Shown here: positions 37,345-46,454 of the stretch, piece after piece | Layout of the letters: each line of letters opens with the position of its first letter | Numbering within the stretch: the first letter of the stretch is position 1 | NCBI GenBank assembly: GCA_024222485.1 | Contig: JAAEPJ010000072.1 | Span: 11,897-75,896 of the forward strand | Origin: a bacterium | Lineage (GTDB): Bacteria; RUG730; JAAEPJ01 | Reading direction: 5' to 3' | DNA length: 64,000 nucleotides | The notes under the pieces: model-generated | Seen by the model: only the letters and a program-made list of their open reading frames with translations | Told to the model about the DNA's origin: nothing | Databases searched by the model: none | Made by a program: the position numbers and the translations under genes

Positions 37345-39845
37345 TTAATAACGACCTTTTTCATAAGTTTAGAGTCTGCAGTTTTATAAAATAGATAATA
37401 AATACCTTTGGAAAGTCCACGACCTTGCCAGGTGCGAGAATACCCCCCTTTGACCTTATTCTCATCAACTAATTTCTCTACCATCTTACCTTTAACATCA
37501 TAAACTAAAATCTCTACACTCGAATCATTACGGACATTATAGACAATATTTGTCCCCTGAGATTTAGAAAATGGGTTTGGATAAGTATGAATATCATCCT
37601 TTAAAACATTAAGAGCATAATCCCTTATTAAAACAATTACATTATTCTCTTCACTATTATAAAGCATTCTATGTTCATCAGAAGAAGAATAGCCTAACTT
37701 GGTTGTAATAATACGCGTTTGTTCTCCCTTAGTAATAGGCATAGCTGAGGCAAATTCGCCCTGACTATCTGTGATAAATTTTAAAGTGCTTGTCGCTACA
37801 GCAATACTCACGCTCACACCACTGATTGGATTCCCATATTGATCAAGCACTATGCCCGCTAAAGTTCCAATAGAACGATCAACACCTTCCAATACATCAA
37901 AATAACGCAGACCACTAGCTCCAGCAGCGGCATGATTTTGATATAAATAATCATCCTCACCATCACCATCAACATCAACTATTTTAGTAACAGCAACTGC
38001 AGCTACATCTAAAAACCAAACAAAAACCTCAGTATCCTGTGCATAGAATATTCGGTCCAAACCATCATATCCTTTAAAAGTTGCATTATCATTAAAGCTA
38101 ACAAAGTTATCGTTAGGAGAAAAAGCAAGATCATAATTACCATCACCAGTAATATCTAAATTATAGCTAGCAAATGTTTCTGCTACGGACTCAACTGACT
38201 CACTGCTAATTGACTGCGTATCATCATTTTCATCCACAATCATAGACACAGCCTTAAGATAACGCGTGTATTCTCTCCCTACAGCAAGACCTTCCTCCTC
38301 TAAATAAAATGTTGTATTAGCAGTCAAAGTAGTGCTCGCAACAATAACTTTCCCCTCTGAGTTAGAAATTTCATAGCCTAATTCTACAGCAGAATTATCT
38401 ATCCAGCTCCACTGAATCGCCACACTCGACTTTGCTACCCCCTGAAACGCAGTAGGCGGCTTAAGACCTGAGCTTACGGTAGCAGTCGTTTCCAAAATTG
38501 AGTCTTGTAAGCCATCATTCGTAAGAACAGAAACATAATAGCTTGTCTCTGGCAGAAGGTCCGCAATACTTGCAGTAATTGTTTCACCTATTCCTCTAGT
38601 AGCTGGAGGGTTTGGCATTACCCCGCTTTTAAGAGTCGCTTCACTAGTTGCGTCCATAGAGTAATATACCTTATAAGAGACAATAGCTTGTGTATCCGGG
38701 GCATCATTAGGCTCTGTCCACTGAATTTTTACTTGATTATTTTCTGTTGGATCACCCCCTGTTAAACCTATTACTGCCTGAGGGGGGATAGTATCAACTT
38801 TAATAACATACTCAGCAGTCGTATACTCATTCAAAGTATTGGAAGCCATAATTTTAATAATATTCTGAGTTAAGGATGAAGGGAGGTCATCAGCGGGAAA
38901 AGAAATTATGCCAGAATTTGATGCTACCGCTGAATCATATTCCCAGTACTGCCACTCACGCCAAGTAGTTCCAGCGTCTGTTGAAATAGCATAGGCTACC
39001 GGTCCATAGTTTGCTAGAACCTGCTCAGGCTCACTCTTGGTAGTTGTGGAAATTCTCAGCTCATCAAAATAACCTTGAAAACTATCATTGCCACCTGCAC
39101 CTCTCCCACAAACACGAAAGGAGTTAGTGCTTCCAGCAATAGAGCCACTATGGATAGCGGAAGAATCCAAAACGCCATTTATAAAAATTTCTTTTGTTGA
39201 TTCATCAAAAAGAAATGCTAAATAATGCCACTCACTATTCGCCTCATCACCAAAAATTTTCACACTAGTCAGTGTACCACCACTTGTTATCCATTCTAAC
39301 TGCTGAGTCTCTGATGACAACTTGACTGTAAAAATATCATCACCAGAGAGATCATTCCCTTGGTAGATTAGATATTGAGTTGTTGTAATAGATGGTAATG
39401 GTTTAAACCAAAACTCGATTGTTCCGATTGTTATTCCTATTTGGAATAAAGTCTCATGACTCAAAACATATTCTGTATTTCCATTACTGTAGATACTTTT
39501 TTCAAAACTATCTGCAACTATTGTGCCTGCAGAAAGAATAAGCATTCCTTCTGAGTCCAAAGTTAATGGCGGGGTATTCCCACTATTGCCAGCAAAACTG
39601 CTACTGCTATCAAGAAGCTGATTAAAATGCCATAAATATGCTGTATTTTCATCTACACTAAAGATATGCCGTATATTATCAACTTGAGTATCATTATCAG
39701 AAATACTCACTTGAATAGCAGGGTTCTGGTTATTAATTTTTTCTGATGTTAAAGATCCATCATCAACCAAAAATGCAGAAATACTAATTTCCGCTTTTAA
39801 AATTGAGATCATTAATAAAAAAAGAATCGCTAATATTTTTTTCAT
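37341..39845 (-). CDS. large secreted/surface protein: LamG-like jelly roll, 2 Fn3 domains, acidic DxDGD segments, CarboxypepD_reg-like domain and a T9SS type-A-like C-terminal sorting domain
   Basis: Signal peptide MKKILAILFLLMISILKA. The LamG-like segment is IEFWFKP...WHYLAFLFDES...GYFDELRIS. The Fn3-like segments include VKIQWTEPND...YYVSV. The C-terminus is YPNPFSKSQGTNIVY...VEILVYDVKGKMV...GIYYLFYKT...KKVVIK. Confidence 0.7.
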   Translation of the reverse strand: MKKILAILFLLMISILKAEISISAFLVDDGSLTSEKINNQNPAIQVSISDNDTQVDNIRHIFSVDENTAYLWHFNQLLDSSSSFAGNSGNTPPLTLDSEGMLILSAGTIVADSFEKSIYSNGNTEYVLSHETLFQIGITIGTIEFWFKPLPSITTTQYLIYQGNDLSGDDIFTVKLSSETQQLEWITSGGTLTSVKIFGDEANSEWHYLAFLFDESTKEIFINGVLDSSAIHSGSIAGSTNSFRVCGRGAGGNDSFQGYFDELRISTTTKSEPEQVLANYGPVAYAISTDAGTTWREWQYWEYDSAVASNSGIISFPADDLPSSLTQNIIKIMASNTLNEYTTAEYVIKVDTIPPQAVIGLTGGDPTENNQVKIQWTEPNDAPDTQAIVSYKVYYSMDATSEATLKSGVMPNPPATRGIGETITASIADLLPETSYYVSVLTNDGLQDSILETTATVSSGLKPPTAFQGVAKSSVAIQWSWIDNSAVELGYEISNSEGKVIVASTTLTANTTFYLEEEGLAVGREYTRYLKAVSMIVDENDDTQSISSESVESVAETFASYNLDITGDGNYDLAFSPNDNFVSFNDNATFKGYDGLDRIFYAQDTEVFVWFLDVAAVAVTKIVDVDGDGEDDYLYQNHAAAGASGLRYFDVLEGVDRSIGTLAGIVLDQYGNPISGVSVSIAVATSTLKFITDSQGEFASAMPITKGEQTRIITTKLGYSSSDEHRMLYNSEENNVIVLIRDYALNVLKDDIHTYPNPFSKSQGTNIVYNVRNDSSVEILVYDVKGKMVEKLVDENKVKGGYSRTWQGRGLSKGIYYLFYKTADSKLMKKVVIK

Positions 39846-40048
39846 GTTATTTAATTTGAAGATTGCCAGCTAAACTTTTTAAGATAAAAATATATCCATA
39901 AAAAATATCCAAGTTAGACTAACTGATTATTCTATAAAATAGTACTCAAGCGTTTCAAAAAATAAAAAGTAGCTAGATTATCAAAAAAAATCATTACTTA
40001 CTCCCCCCCTATTTTAAAACCCTTACAAAGTAATACAAATTTATTTTT

Positions 40049-41455
40049 CTATTTTATCTTAAAATCATGCTCCTGACTAGAAATATAAACCAAAGAATCT
40101 CGCTCTTTAAGTTGAAAATTCTCTGGATTTAAGTTATAAATTCCATCTCGCTCAACCCCAATCAAAATTGAGCTATACTTATTAAAAATATCTACAACAC
40201 ACTGACTAAAAATTTCACCACAAAATTCACTATTCTTGCTAAGGGAACCATTATAAATTTGACTGCCCTCAGTAGAGCTTAAAAGTTCATTGTAAACTTT
40301 AGTAATTCCAGGATATCTAACAGCATGTGCCAAAAGATTCCCTGTATAGTTTGCAGCAATAATATATTCGTCAACACCTGCGTTTAATACATGCTCAATA
40401 TTGTCGCTAGATAAAACCTCCACACAGGTATAAACATCCGAATTAAGTTTATCAATAGCTAAGGCAGTTAAAACTGTTCTGGCGTCAATATCTTGGTTGC
40501 TCCTATTCGTTACTTGGTCAGCTAAAACAATGACAGAAGAAGCAAATACAATCTGTGCTCTTTCTAAGATATCTTTTTTAGTAAAATCACCTTTCATGTA
40601 GTGAATATTATTCGTAAAAATATATTCGGGCTGATCCTCTTTAATAATGACAAAATCTTTATCAGTATTTTTAAAAAGCTCTGTTAACTCCTTAAGAACT
40701 ATAGTTGCATTATTATTCCACCCACAAATAACAATATGGTCCTTTAAATTCATAATATCCACCCCTCTATTCTCCTTCTTCTTATAATACTTAATAATGG
40801 ATGATGAAAACATTCCTGTTATCAGTCCAAAAAAGCTCAGCCCAATAAACATAAATGCGCTAGCGAGAATTCTCCCACCAATTGTTACGGGAAATTTATC
40901 CCCATAACCAACCGTAGTAAGCGTTACAACTGCCCACCAGATACCATCAAAAAAACTTACAAACTGTTCATTATGCCCACGCTCAAAAATTGACATCCCA
41001 ATAGAGCCTACTAAAACAAGTATAAAAAGAATAAGTGAAACGGTAAAAGCTTCAAAAAAGTTTTCACTAAACTCTGAATTGAACAACTTTAGTTTTGCAG
41101 AAACAATTTTTTCCCAACGGTTTAAACGAACAATTTTAATTAACCTGATGAGTCTAAGCACTCTAACTAAACGAAAAACTCTAAATATTGGTAATAATGC
41201 AATAAAGTCAATTAAATTTCCTTTAAAAAATAACCACTTATTTGTCGAAAGTAAAATTTTAATAGAATATTCAATAATAAAAAAGCTATTAAGGCTTAAT
41301 TCCAAAATATTAACAATATTATCACTAGGGGAAGTTAAGTGCATAGAGGTATCTATAATAAGGAGCACAATTGAAGCAATAATCGCCATAATTACCAATG
41401 CTTCAAAAAAAGTTGAATAAATAAATTTATAAATATTGCTGCGTATACTTTGCAT
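40049..41455 (-). CDS. voltage-sensor-containing K+ channel with cytoplasmic RCK/TrkA-N domain
   Basis: S4-like RVFRLVRVLRLIRLIKIVRL, the selectivity filter TTVGYGD, and an RCK Rossmann segment HIVICGWNNNATIVLKEL. The ATG at 41455 lies 2 nt after the upstream stop codon. Confidence 0.85.
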   Translation of the reverse strand: MQSIRSNIYKFIYSTFFEALVIMAIIASIVLLIIDTSMHLTSPSDNIVNILELSLNSFFIIEYSIKILLSTNKWLFFKGNLIDFIALLPIFRVFRLVRVLRLIRLIKIVRLNRWEKIVSAKLKLFNSEFSENFFEAFTVSLILFILVLVGSIGMSIFERGHNEQFVSFFDGIWWAVVTLTTVGYGDKFPVTIGGRILASAFMFIGLSFFGLITGMFSSSIIKYYKKKENRGVDIMNLKDHIVICGWNNNATIVLKELTELFKNTDKDFVIIKEDQPEYIFTNNIHYMKGDFTKKDILERAQIVFASSVIVLADQVTNRSNQDIDARTVLTALAIDKLNSDVYTCVEVLSSDNIEHVLNAGVDEYIIAANYTGNLLAHAVRYPGITKVYNELLSSTEGSQIYNGSLSKNSEFCGEIFSQCVVDIFNKYSSILIGVERDGIYNLNPENFQLKERDSLVYISSQEHDFKIK

Positions 41456-41457
41456 AA

Positions 41458-43002
41458 TTAATCCCAATGCCTCCATCCCTCTAAATAGTATTTCAAAACC
41501 TTTGGATTATCCATTGTATTAAGCTCCGTTTTTTGAATATTAATATCTTTCTCAAACTGAAATAACCCTGCGATCATGTCATTCCCAAGATACCTAGTCG
41601 GAACCGAAATATTAATTTTCTTATAATCAACCTTAATTTTAGAAGCCATGACAAATCCCCAATCACCAAAAGAAGGAACATAAACATGATAAGGATACAC
41701 ACTCTTAAAGCTAAGAGAGTTAATTGTATTGTATATACACCAAAATGATTTATTAGCAAAAAAAGGGCTAGTTGCTTGAGTCACCAAGATCCCTGTAGAG
41801 GCAAGTTTTGATTGTAAAACAGCATAAAACTCCTTACTATAAAGCCTTGCTATCGAAATATTATTTGGATCAGGTAAATCTATAATAATAATATCATAGA
41901 TACTTTCACTATTACGAATAAATAGGAATGCATCTTTCGAGTAAACTTTAACCCTTTGATCTTTAAAACTATTTAAATTCATTTTTTTTAAATAACTATT
42001 ATTCTTAGCCATTTTGATGATCTCAGGATCAATATCTACTAAATCTATTTCACGAATACTCGGGTACTTTAATAGTTCTCTTAAAACTAAACCATCACCA
42101 CCACCAAAAACTAACACTTTTGCTTTATGGGGAGCAATAGCCAGAGGAATATGAACTAATGGTTCATGATACCGATATTCATCAATAGAAGAAAACTGAA
42201 GATTCCCATTTAAAAACAATCTAATATCTTTTTTATTTTTTGTTAAAATAATCTTTTGATAATTAGTTTGCTTAGCAAAAATAATTCTATCTTCATATAT
42301 ACGGCTACTCCAATTTTTCATTAGGAAATTAGCAGTAAATATCAAAATAATAAACAAAATAGTTACACAAGAACAAGCTACCTTAAAAAAATGTCGTTTA
42401 AGTTTTGAAACTTTATCCCTAAAACACCAGAGAACTAAAAAACCAATAACCATATTAATTATGCCAAAAAATAAAGAACTTTTAAAAATACCTAAAAAAG
42501 GTAACAAAAAAAAAGGAAAAATAAGAGTTGCGATCAAAGCACCAAAATAATCAAGCGATAAAATATTTGAAATATTAAACTTTAATGAGTAATATTTCTC
42601 CATGATTCTAGTTAAAAGAGGTATCTCTAAGCCAATTAAAAGTCCAATAGCAATAATTAAAAAAAACATGAAAAATAAATAAAAATTAGTGTACGCATAA
42701 CCAAAATAAAGAAGTGGGACGGAGAGTCCACCGAGTAGTCCTAGAAATATTTCAACAACAATAAATTTCTCTAATAACTTGCGCTGGATAAGGCGAGAAA
42801 AATATGAACCAACACCCATCGCAGCCATGTACAAACCAATTGTTAAAGAAAATTGTTTAATGCTATCACCTAAAAAATAAGAAGAAGTCGTACTGATTAA
42901 AAGCTCATAAATTATAGAACACAAACCCGCAATAAAAACTGAGATTATGATTACGAGCTTCTCCTGCCTAACCGGTTTACTTCCCGGCATGCGGACCTCC
43001 AC
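41458..43002 (-). CDS. membrane-anchored polyamine aminopropyltransferase-like protein (N-terminal polytopic domain + spermidine synthase domain)
   Basis: About 7 predicted TM helices in residues 1-230, then YHEPLVHIPL, VLVFGGGDGLVLRELLKY and IIIDLPDP motifs of the spermidine synthase fold. Confidence 0.8.
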   Translation of the reverse strand: MEVRMPGSKPVRQEKLVIIISVFIAGLCSIIYELLISTTSSYFLGDSIKQFSLTIGLYMAAMGVGSYFSRLIQRKLLEKFIVVEIFLGLLGGLSVPLLYFGYAYTNFYLFFMFFLIIAIGLLIGLEIPLLTRIMEKYYSLKFNISNILSLDYFGALIATLIFPFFLLPFLGIFKSSLFFGIINMVIGFLVLWCFRDKVSKLKRHFFKVACSCVTILFIILIFTANFLMKNWSSRIYEDRIIFAKQTNYQKIILTKNKKDIRLFLNGNLQFSSIDEYRYHEPLVHIPLAIAPHKAKVLVFGGGDGLVLRELLKYPSIREIDLVDIDPEIIKMAKNNSYLKKMNLNSFKDQRVKVYSKDAFLFIRNSESIYDIIIIDLPDPNNISIARLYSKEFYAVLQSKLASTGILVTQATSPFFANKSFWCIYNTINSLSFKSVYPYHVYVPSFGDWGFVMASKIKVDYKKINISVPTRYLGNDMIAGLFQFEKDINIQKTELNTMDNPKVLKYYLEGWRHWD

Positions 43003-43207
43003 CTACATGACTTGGTCCACCAATGCTGCCAGCTCTAGCAGAAGAGTTAGCATAATAGCGTGGTCCACCCCAATAAAAAAAAGAAGGTCCACGATGATAT
43101 CCACGATAACCAGAATATCCCCATCCCCTTAGACTAAGCGAAAATAAAAACAGATAAAGGAGTCCCAAAAAAATCATTAAAATAAGTAATTTATGCTTAA
43201 AAGTCAT
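42977..43207 (-). CDS. small membrane protein with one TM helix and a Gly/Tyr/Arg/Pro-rich tail
   Basis: 76-aa ORF: LLILMIFLGLLYLFLF followed by RGWGYSGYRGYHRGPSFFYWGGPRYY...GGPSHVGGGPHAGK. The coding DNA is a visibly GC-rich patch in an AT-rich genome. Its 3' end overlaps the next gene by 26 nt. Confidence 0.55.
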   Translation of the reverse strand: MTFKHKLLILMIFLGLLYLFLFSLSLRGWGYSGYRGYHRGPSFFYWGGPRYYANSSARAGSIGGPSHVGGGPHAGK

Positions 43208-43233
43208 TATTAATCTCCCTGATTACCTAAGTG

Positions 43234-43791
43234 TTAAACTTCTAAATTATGATTAATATTTATTGCTATACCAATAAAAAGAGCCAAAAGCCCTACAAGG
43301 AAAAAAGGAAGAGCACTGCCATTCTTTTTAGAAACGATAATATTTATTTTATTTGCTAAATAATCATTTTTTTCAACATCAAAATTTAAATAATACCTCC
43401 CTTTTTTAGGAATAGTTATTTTCATTTTATAACTATTAACAGCCTCTCGCCAATACCCTTCTGAATCTCGCCCTTCTTCCTGCCAAAACTCTTTTCCAAA
43501 CCCACAAAGATATTCTTTCTTATCATCCAAAAGCTCCGTAGTTATAAAACTCCATTTAGAGGTGGGAACATTCTGTTTAACTTTTATAAAATAAACAGAT
43601 CGATCTTTCTTAACTTCAATAGGACCAATCTCCCCACCTGTAGCTGCTAAAGTCTGATGATATACCTTCCCACGATTCATGTTAAAAATTCCTGCAGTAA
43701 TCAAACAAATAATAGCAAAAACAATTAAAACAAACGCATATTTAATAAACTCATCATTTTTCGCTTCCTTAGGCATATTGTAAACTTCCAT
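43234..43791 (-). CDS. 2-TM membrane protein with an approximately 120-aa extracytoplasmic domain (unknown family)
   Basis: N-terminal TM (YAFVLIVFAIICLITAGIF) and C-terminal TM (LPFFLVGLLALFIGIAI). ATG at 43791 follows AAGGAGAGAGTG. Confidence 0.55.
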   Translation of the reverse strand: MEVYNMPKEAKNDEFIKYAFVLIVFAIICLITAGIFNMNRGKVYHQTLAATGGEIGPIEVKKDRSVYFIKVKQNVPTSKWSFITTELLDDKKEYLCGFGKEFWQEEGRDSEGYWREAVNSYKMKITIPKKGRYYLNFDVEKNDYLANKINIIVSKKNGSALPFFLVGLLALFIGIAININHNLEV

Positions 43792-43801
43792 CACTCTCTC
43801 C

Positions 43802-44632
43802 TTATATCATAAAAATCAATACACTTGAAAAACTTATCATTATCACAGCCTCTAAAAATGCCACACCCAAATTTTTGTCATTCTTTATTTCATCGTTCAA
43901 GTTGGATCTTGGGATAATAACTTTATCAAAAAAAATCCGCACAACAGGTAATAAAATAAACACCAAGATTAAGCTAAACAAAAACCTCAGCATATTTTCT
44001 TGCCAACTAATAAAATTACCGGACACACCCTTCATAAGAATAATCCCCAGGGATACTAATCCACCACTAAAAGCAACCCCTGCTGCAACATTGCCTGTTT
44101 TAAGCTCTTGATGTATATCAAAAGGTGTAATAAAATTATATAGCTTGGTAAATAAAACTAATGCTAGTTGCCCTAAAATATAAAACACAATCGCTGTTAA
44201 AATTCCTCCACCTTCACCACTTATAGCGCCTGCAATTATCAGCCCTGAAGCAAGATAAGAGCCAAACTGAACAGCACCTACCCCAATATTCCTTTCTTGG
44301 GTAAGCTCTTTAAGGTTGCAAAACTTATAGAGAATAGCTTTGTCATTAATAATACGAGAAATATTTAAAAGAACAATCCCTAAAATATAATAACCCGTTA
44401 TCATTAAAATATCATTTAAAAACCCTTGAGAAATACCTATTTCTGTACCGATAAAAATAATTGTGCCAGCTAATAGATAACCAGCTAAACTTAAGGCAAG
44501 TGCGGTGTTATCTTTTTGCGTTAATTCTTTATCCAAACTATATGGTGTTAACCAATCATTGACTAACTTAGCAAAAAAAATAAAAATTAGAAATAAAACT
44601 ATTAAACTACCAGAACTTAAAAGTTGATCCAT
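43802..44632 (-). CDS. DUF350-type membrane protein (tandem duplicated DUF350, YjfL-like)
   Basis: Four repeats of the N-x-A/G-x-A-x-x-x-x-G-x-x-L/I small-residue TM motif: DNTALALSLAGYLLAG, RNIGVGAVQFGSYLASG, GNVAAGVAFSGGLVSLG and KNLGVAFLEAVIMIS. Confidence 0.65.
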   Translation of the reverse strand: MDQLLSSGSLIVLFLIFIFFAKLVNDWLTPYSLDKELTQKDNTALALSLAGYLLAGTIIFIGTEIGISQGFLNDILMITGYYILGIVLLNISRIINDKAILYKFCNLKELTQERNIGVGAVQFGSYLASGLIIAGAISGEGGGILTAIVFYILGQLALVLFTKLYNFITPFDIHQELKTGNVAAGVAFSGGLVSLGIILMKGVSGNFISWQENMLRFLFSLILVFILLPVVRIFFDKVIIPRSNLNDEIKNDKNLGVAFLEAVIMISFSSVLIFMI

Positions 44633-44636
44633 TCAA

Positions 44637-45251
44637 TTACTCCTCATTATTAAGACTAAAAACTTCTATTTGTGATAACTTTATAGCTTCTGAAGTTGAA
44701 ACATCATACGCATTATCCGTCCATTTCTCTATACTAATAAAATGTTTCTCATCATCAGCTTCAAAATCCCAAAAATAATAAACTTCAGGACTATTTTTAT
44801 CCGCATGTTTTAAAAATTCAGCTTTCCCTGAGTCTTCATAATAATATTTTCTATTATTATAAATAATCTCCCCATCATCATCGTTTTCTATCTTAACAAG
44901 CTTTTTGTTTGTTAAATTAAGGTCAGTTAGTTTTATTTTTTTTAAAGTGATAGAAACTTCAAGCTCATCATCATCATTTTCAAGCTCAAGCCACACTTTA
45001 TCCTTGCCATTATCACACTCAAGTTCAGTCCAATAATAATTCCCTTGTCGATAAAGATGTTTCGCAATGATGGTAAGATCAAATTCATCCAAATTAGATC
45101 CAATATTTCTTAGATGAATCACCCCTCCAACATCTACATTCTCAATTTTCAATGCTTTTGGCTTAGTTTTTTTTGTTCGCGACAAACCTTTAAACATTTT
45201 ATAAAGAATAAAACAAGCAACTATCACAAAAATTAAAATTATAAACTGCAT
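44637..45251 (-). CDS. TM-anchored DUF4178-like protein
   Basis: N-terminal TM, then YYWTELECDNGKDKVWLELENDDDELEVSI and YYFWDFEADDEKHFISIEKW. This matches the W-x-E-y...wLsvE / ...lsiE-W pattern of DUF4178. Confidence 0.6.
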   Translation of the reverse strand: MQFIILIFVIVACFILYKMFKGLSRTKKTKPKALKIENVDVGGVIHLRNIGSNLDEFDLTIIAKHLYRQGNYYWTELECDNGKDKVWLELENDDDELEVSITLKKIKLTDLNLTNKKLVKIENDDDGEIIYNNRKYYYEDSGKAEFLKHADKNSPEVYYFWDFEADDEKHFISIEKWTDNAYDVSTSEAIKLSQIEVFSLNNEE

Positions 45252-45254
45252 TTT

Positions 45255-45962
45255 TTACTCAAGCCCCATTTTTTTCTTTAAAGCAGCTAATGAGTCAGAG
45301 TTATTGCTTGTTTGTCCAGAGGCTAAAGCAGCATCAATTTCATTATCAATACTTTGATCAACCATGGCAATATCACCATAAGACTCTGCCAAAGCTTCAT
45401 CTTCAGCCACTTTATCTTTCATTTTTTCAAGCATCGTAATTGTACCGGAAGAATCTACTTTTGCCAGTTGAGCATTAAGTTTTTTAGTAGCAGAACTCAC
45501 TTTAGCTCTAGCTTTTAAAGCAACCGCTTCATTTTCCCATTGTCTAACTTGAGCTTTTATCGCCTGACAATTAGATTCAAGTTTAGCAATCATTTTTTCA
45601 TTATTAGCTAAGTTTTGAGTAAGTGACATAGCCATCTTCAAGGCTTCATCTTTCTTAGCTAAAGCCTCTCCAGCTAACCTTTCAGCCTCAGCTGGATCTA
45701 CCTCCCCTTTCTGAGCTTTTGTTAGCAATAGCATAGCTTTTTTCTCATAATCTGTGGCAATCTCTTTTTTTTCATCCGACTCTCTCTTAGTTCGAATAGT
45801 TATAGCTTTAACCTCAGCTAAACTTTTTAAACTATTTTCTAAATCTTGTTTAAGATCTCGAATACCTTGTTCTGTCATTTTAACAGGATCCTCAAACTTA
45901 TCTAAGGCAGCATGAGCCTCTGCTTGAGTAAACTTAAATAATCTTTTAAATACATGCATCAT
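45255..45962 (-). CDS. pspA: PspA/IM30 (ESCRT-III-like) family protein, YjfJ-like
   Basis: 235-aa all-helical coiled-coil ORF with FKRLFKFTQAEAHAALDKFEDPVKMTEQGIRDLKQDL at the N-terminus and a C-terminal LAALKKKMG, as in PspA/YjfJ. Confidence 0.85.
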   Translation of the reverse strand: MMHVFKRLFKFTQAEAHAALDKFEDPVKMTEQGIRDLKQDLENSLKSLAEVKAITIRTKRESDEKKEIATDYEKKAMLLLTKAQKGEVDPAEAERLAGEALAKKDEALKMAMSLTQNLANNEKMIAKLESNCQAIKAQVRQWENEAVALKARAKVSSATKKLNAQLAKVDSSGTITMLEKMKDKVAEDEALAESYGDIAMVDQSIDNEIDAALASGQTSNNSDSLAALKKKMGLE

Positions 45963-45974
45963 TTTTTATACTCC

Positions 45975-46397
45975 TTATCTTGCAAATAAAATTATTTGAT
46001 CAGAATATTCTGCCAAAGCTAGACCTAAGGCATTAATAGATCCTTCTAATTCATTAAAATCTAAATTTTCTAATTGTAGAGTGTCTCGAAATATCAACTT
46101 ATCCCCTGAGTCATTAATAACAAATGCACCATGAATTATTTCTCTATTCCACTTTAACAAGGTCTTAAACATTGCTGTAGACTCAGTTTTAATATCAAAA
46201 ATTACCTGTTCTAAAATAATAATCGGGGACTCACAGTCAATAATAAGATCTTTAATCCCTTTTGATTCATCTGTAACAACTAGAATTTCCTCTTCTGGAC
46301 TCTCAAACTCTATCTGACATCCCATTGTATACAAATAATTTTTTACATCTTCAAATTTAACAGCCATAATACTATTATCCTCCTTGGTTTCGTTCAT
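45975..46397 (-). CDS. small acidic cytosolic protein, YbjN/YjfI (DUF2170)-like
   Basis: The pattern EEEILVVTDE...LIIDCESPIIILEQVIF...LLKWNREIIHGAFVIN...LENLDFNELEGSINAL resembles the YbjN-like chaperone fold proteins found beside PspA paralogues. A better start may be the ATG at 46367 (MAVKFEDV), which is preceded by AAGGAGG. Confidence 0.5.
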   Translation of the reverse strand: MNETKEDNSIMAVKFEDVKNYLYTMGCQIEFESPEEEILVVTDESKGIKDLIIDCESPIIILEQVIFDIKTESTAMFKTLLKWNREIIHGAFVINDSGDKLIFRDTLQLENLDFNELEGSINALGLALAEYSDQIILFAR

Positions 46398-46454
46398 TTA
46401 TTCAAAAGATAAATAATAATAGAAACTTTATCTATTTTTTAATCTCTCTACTCC

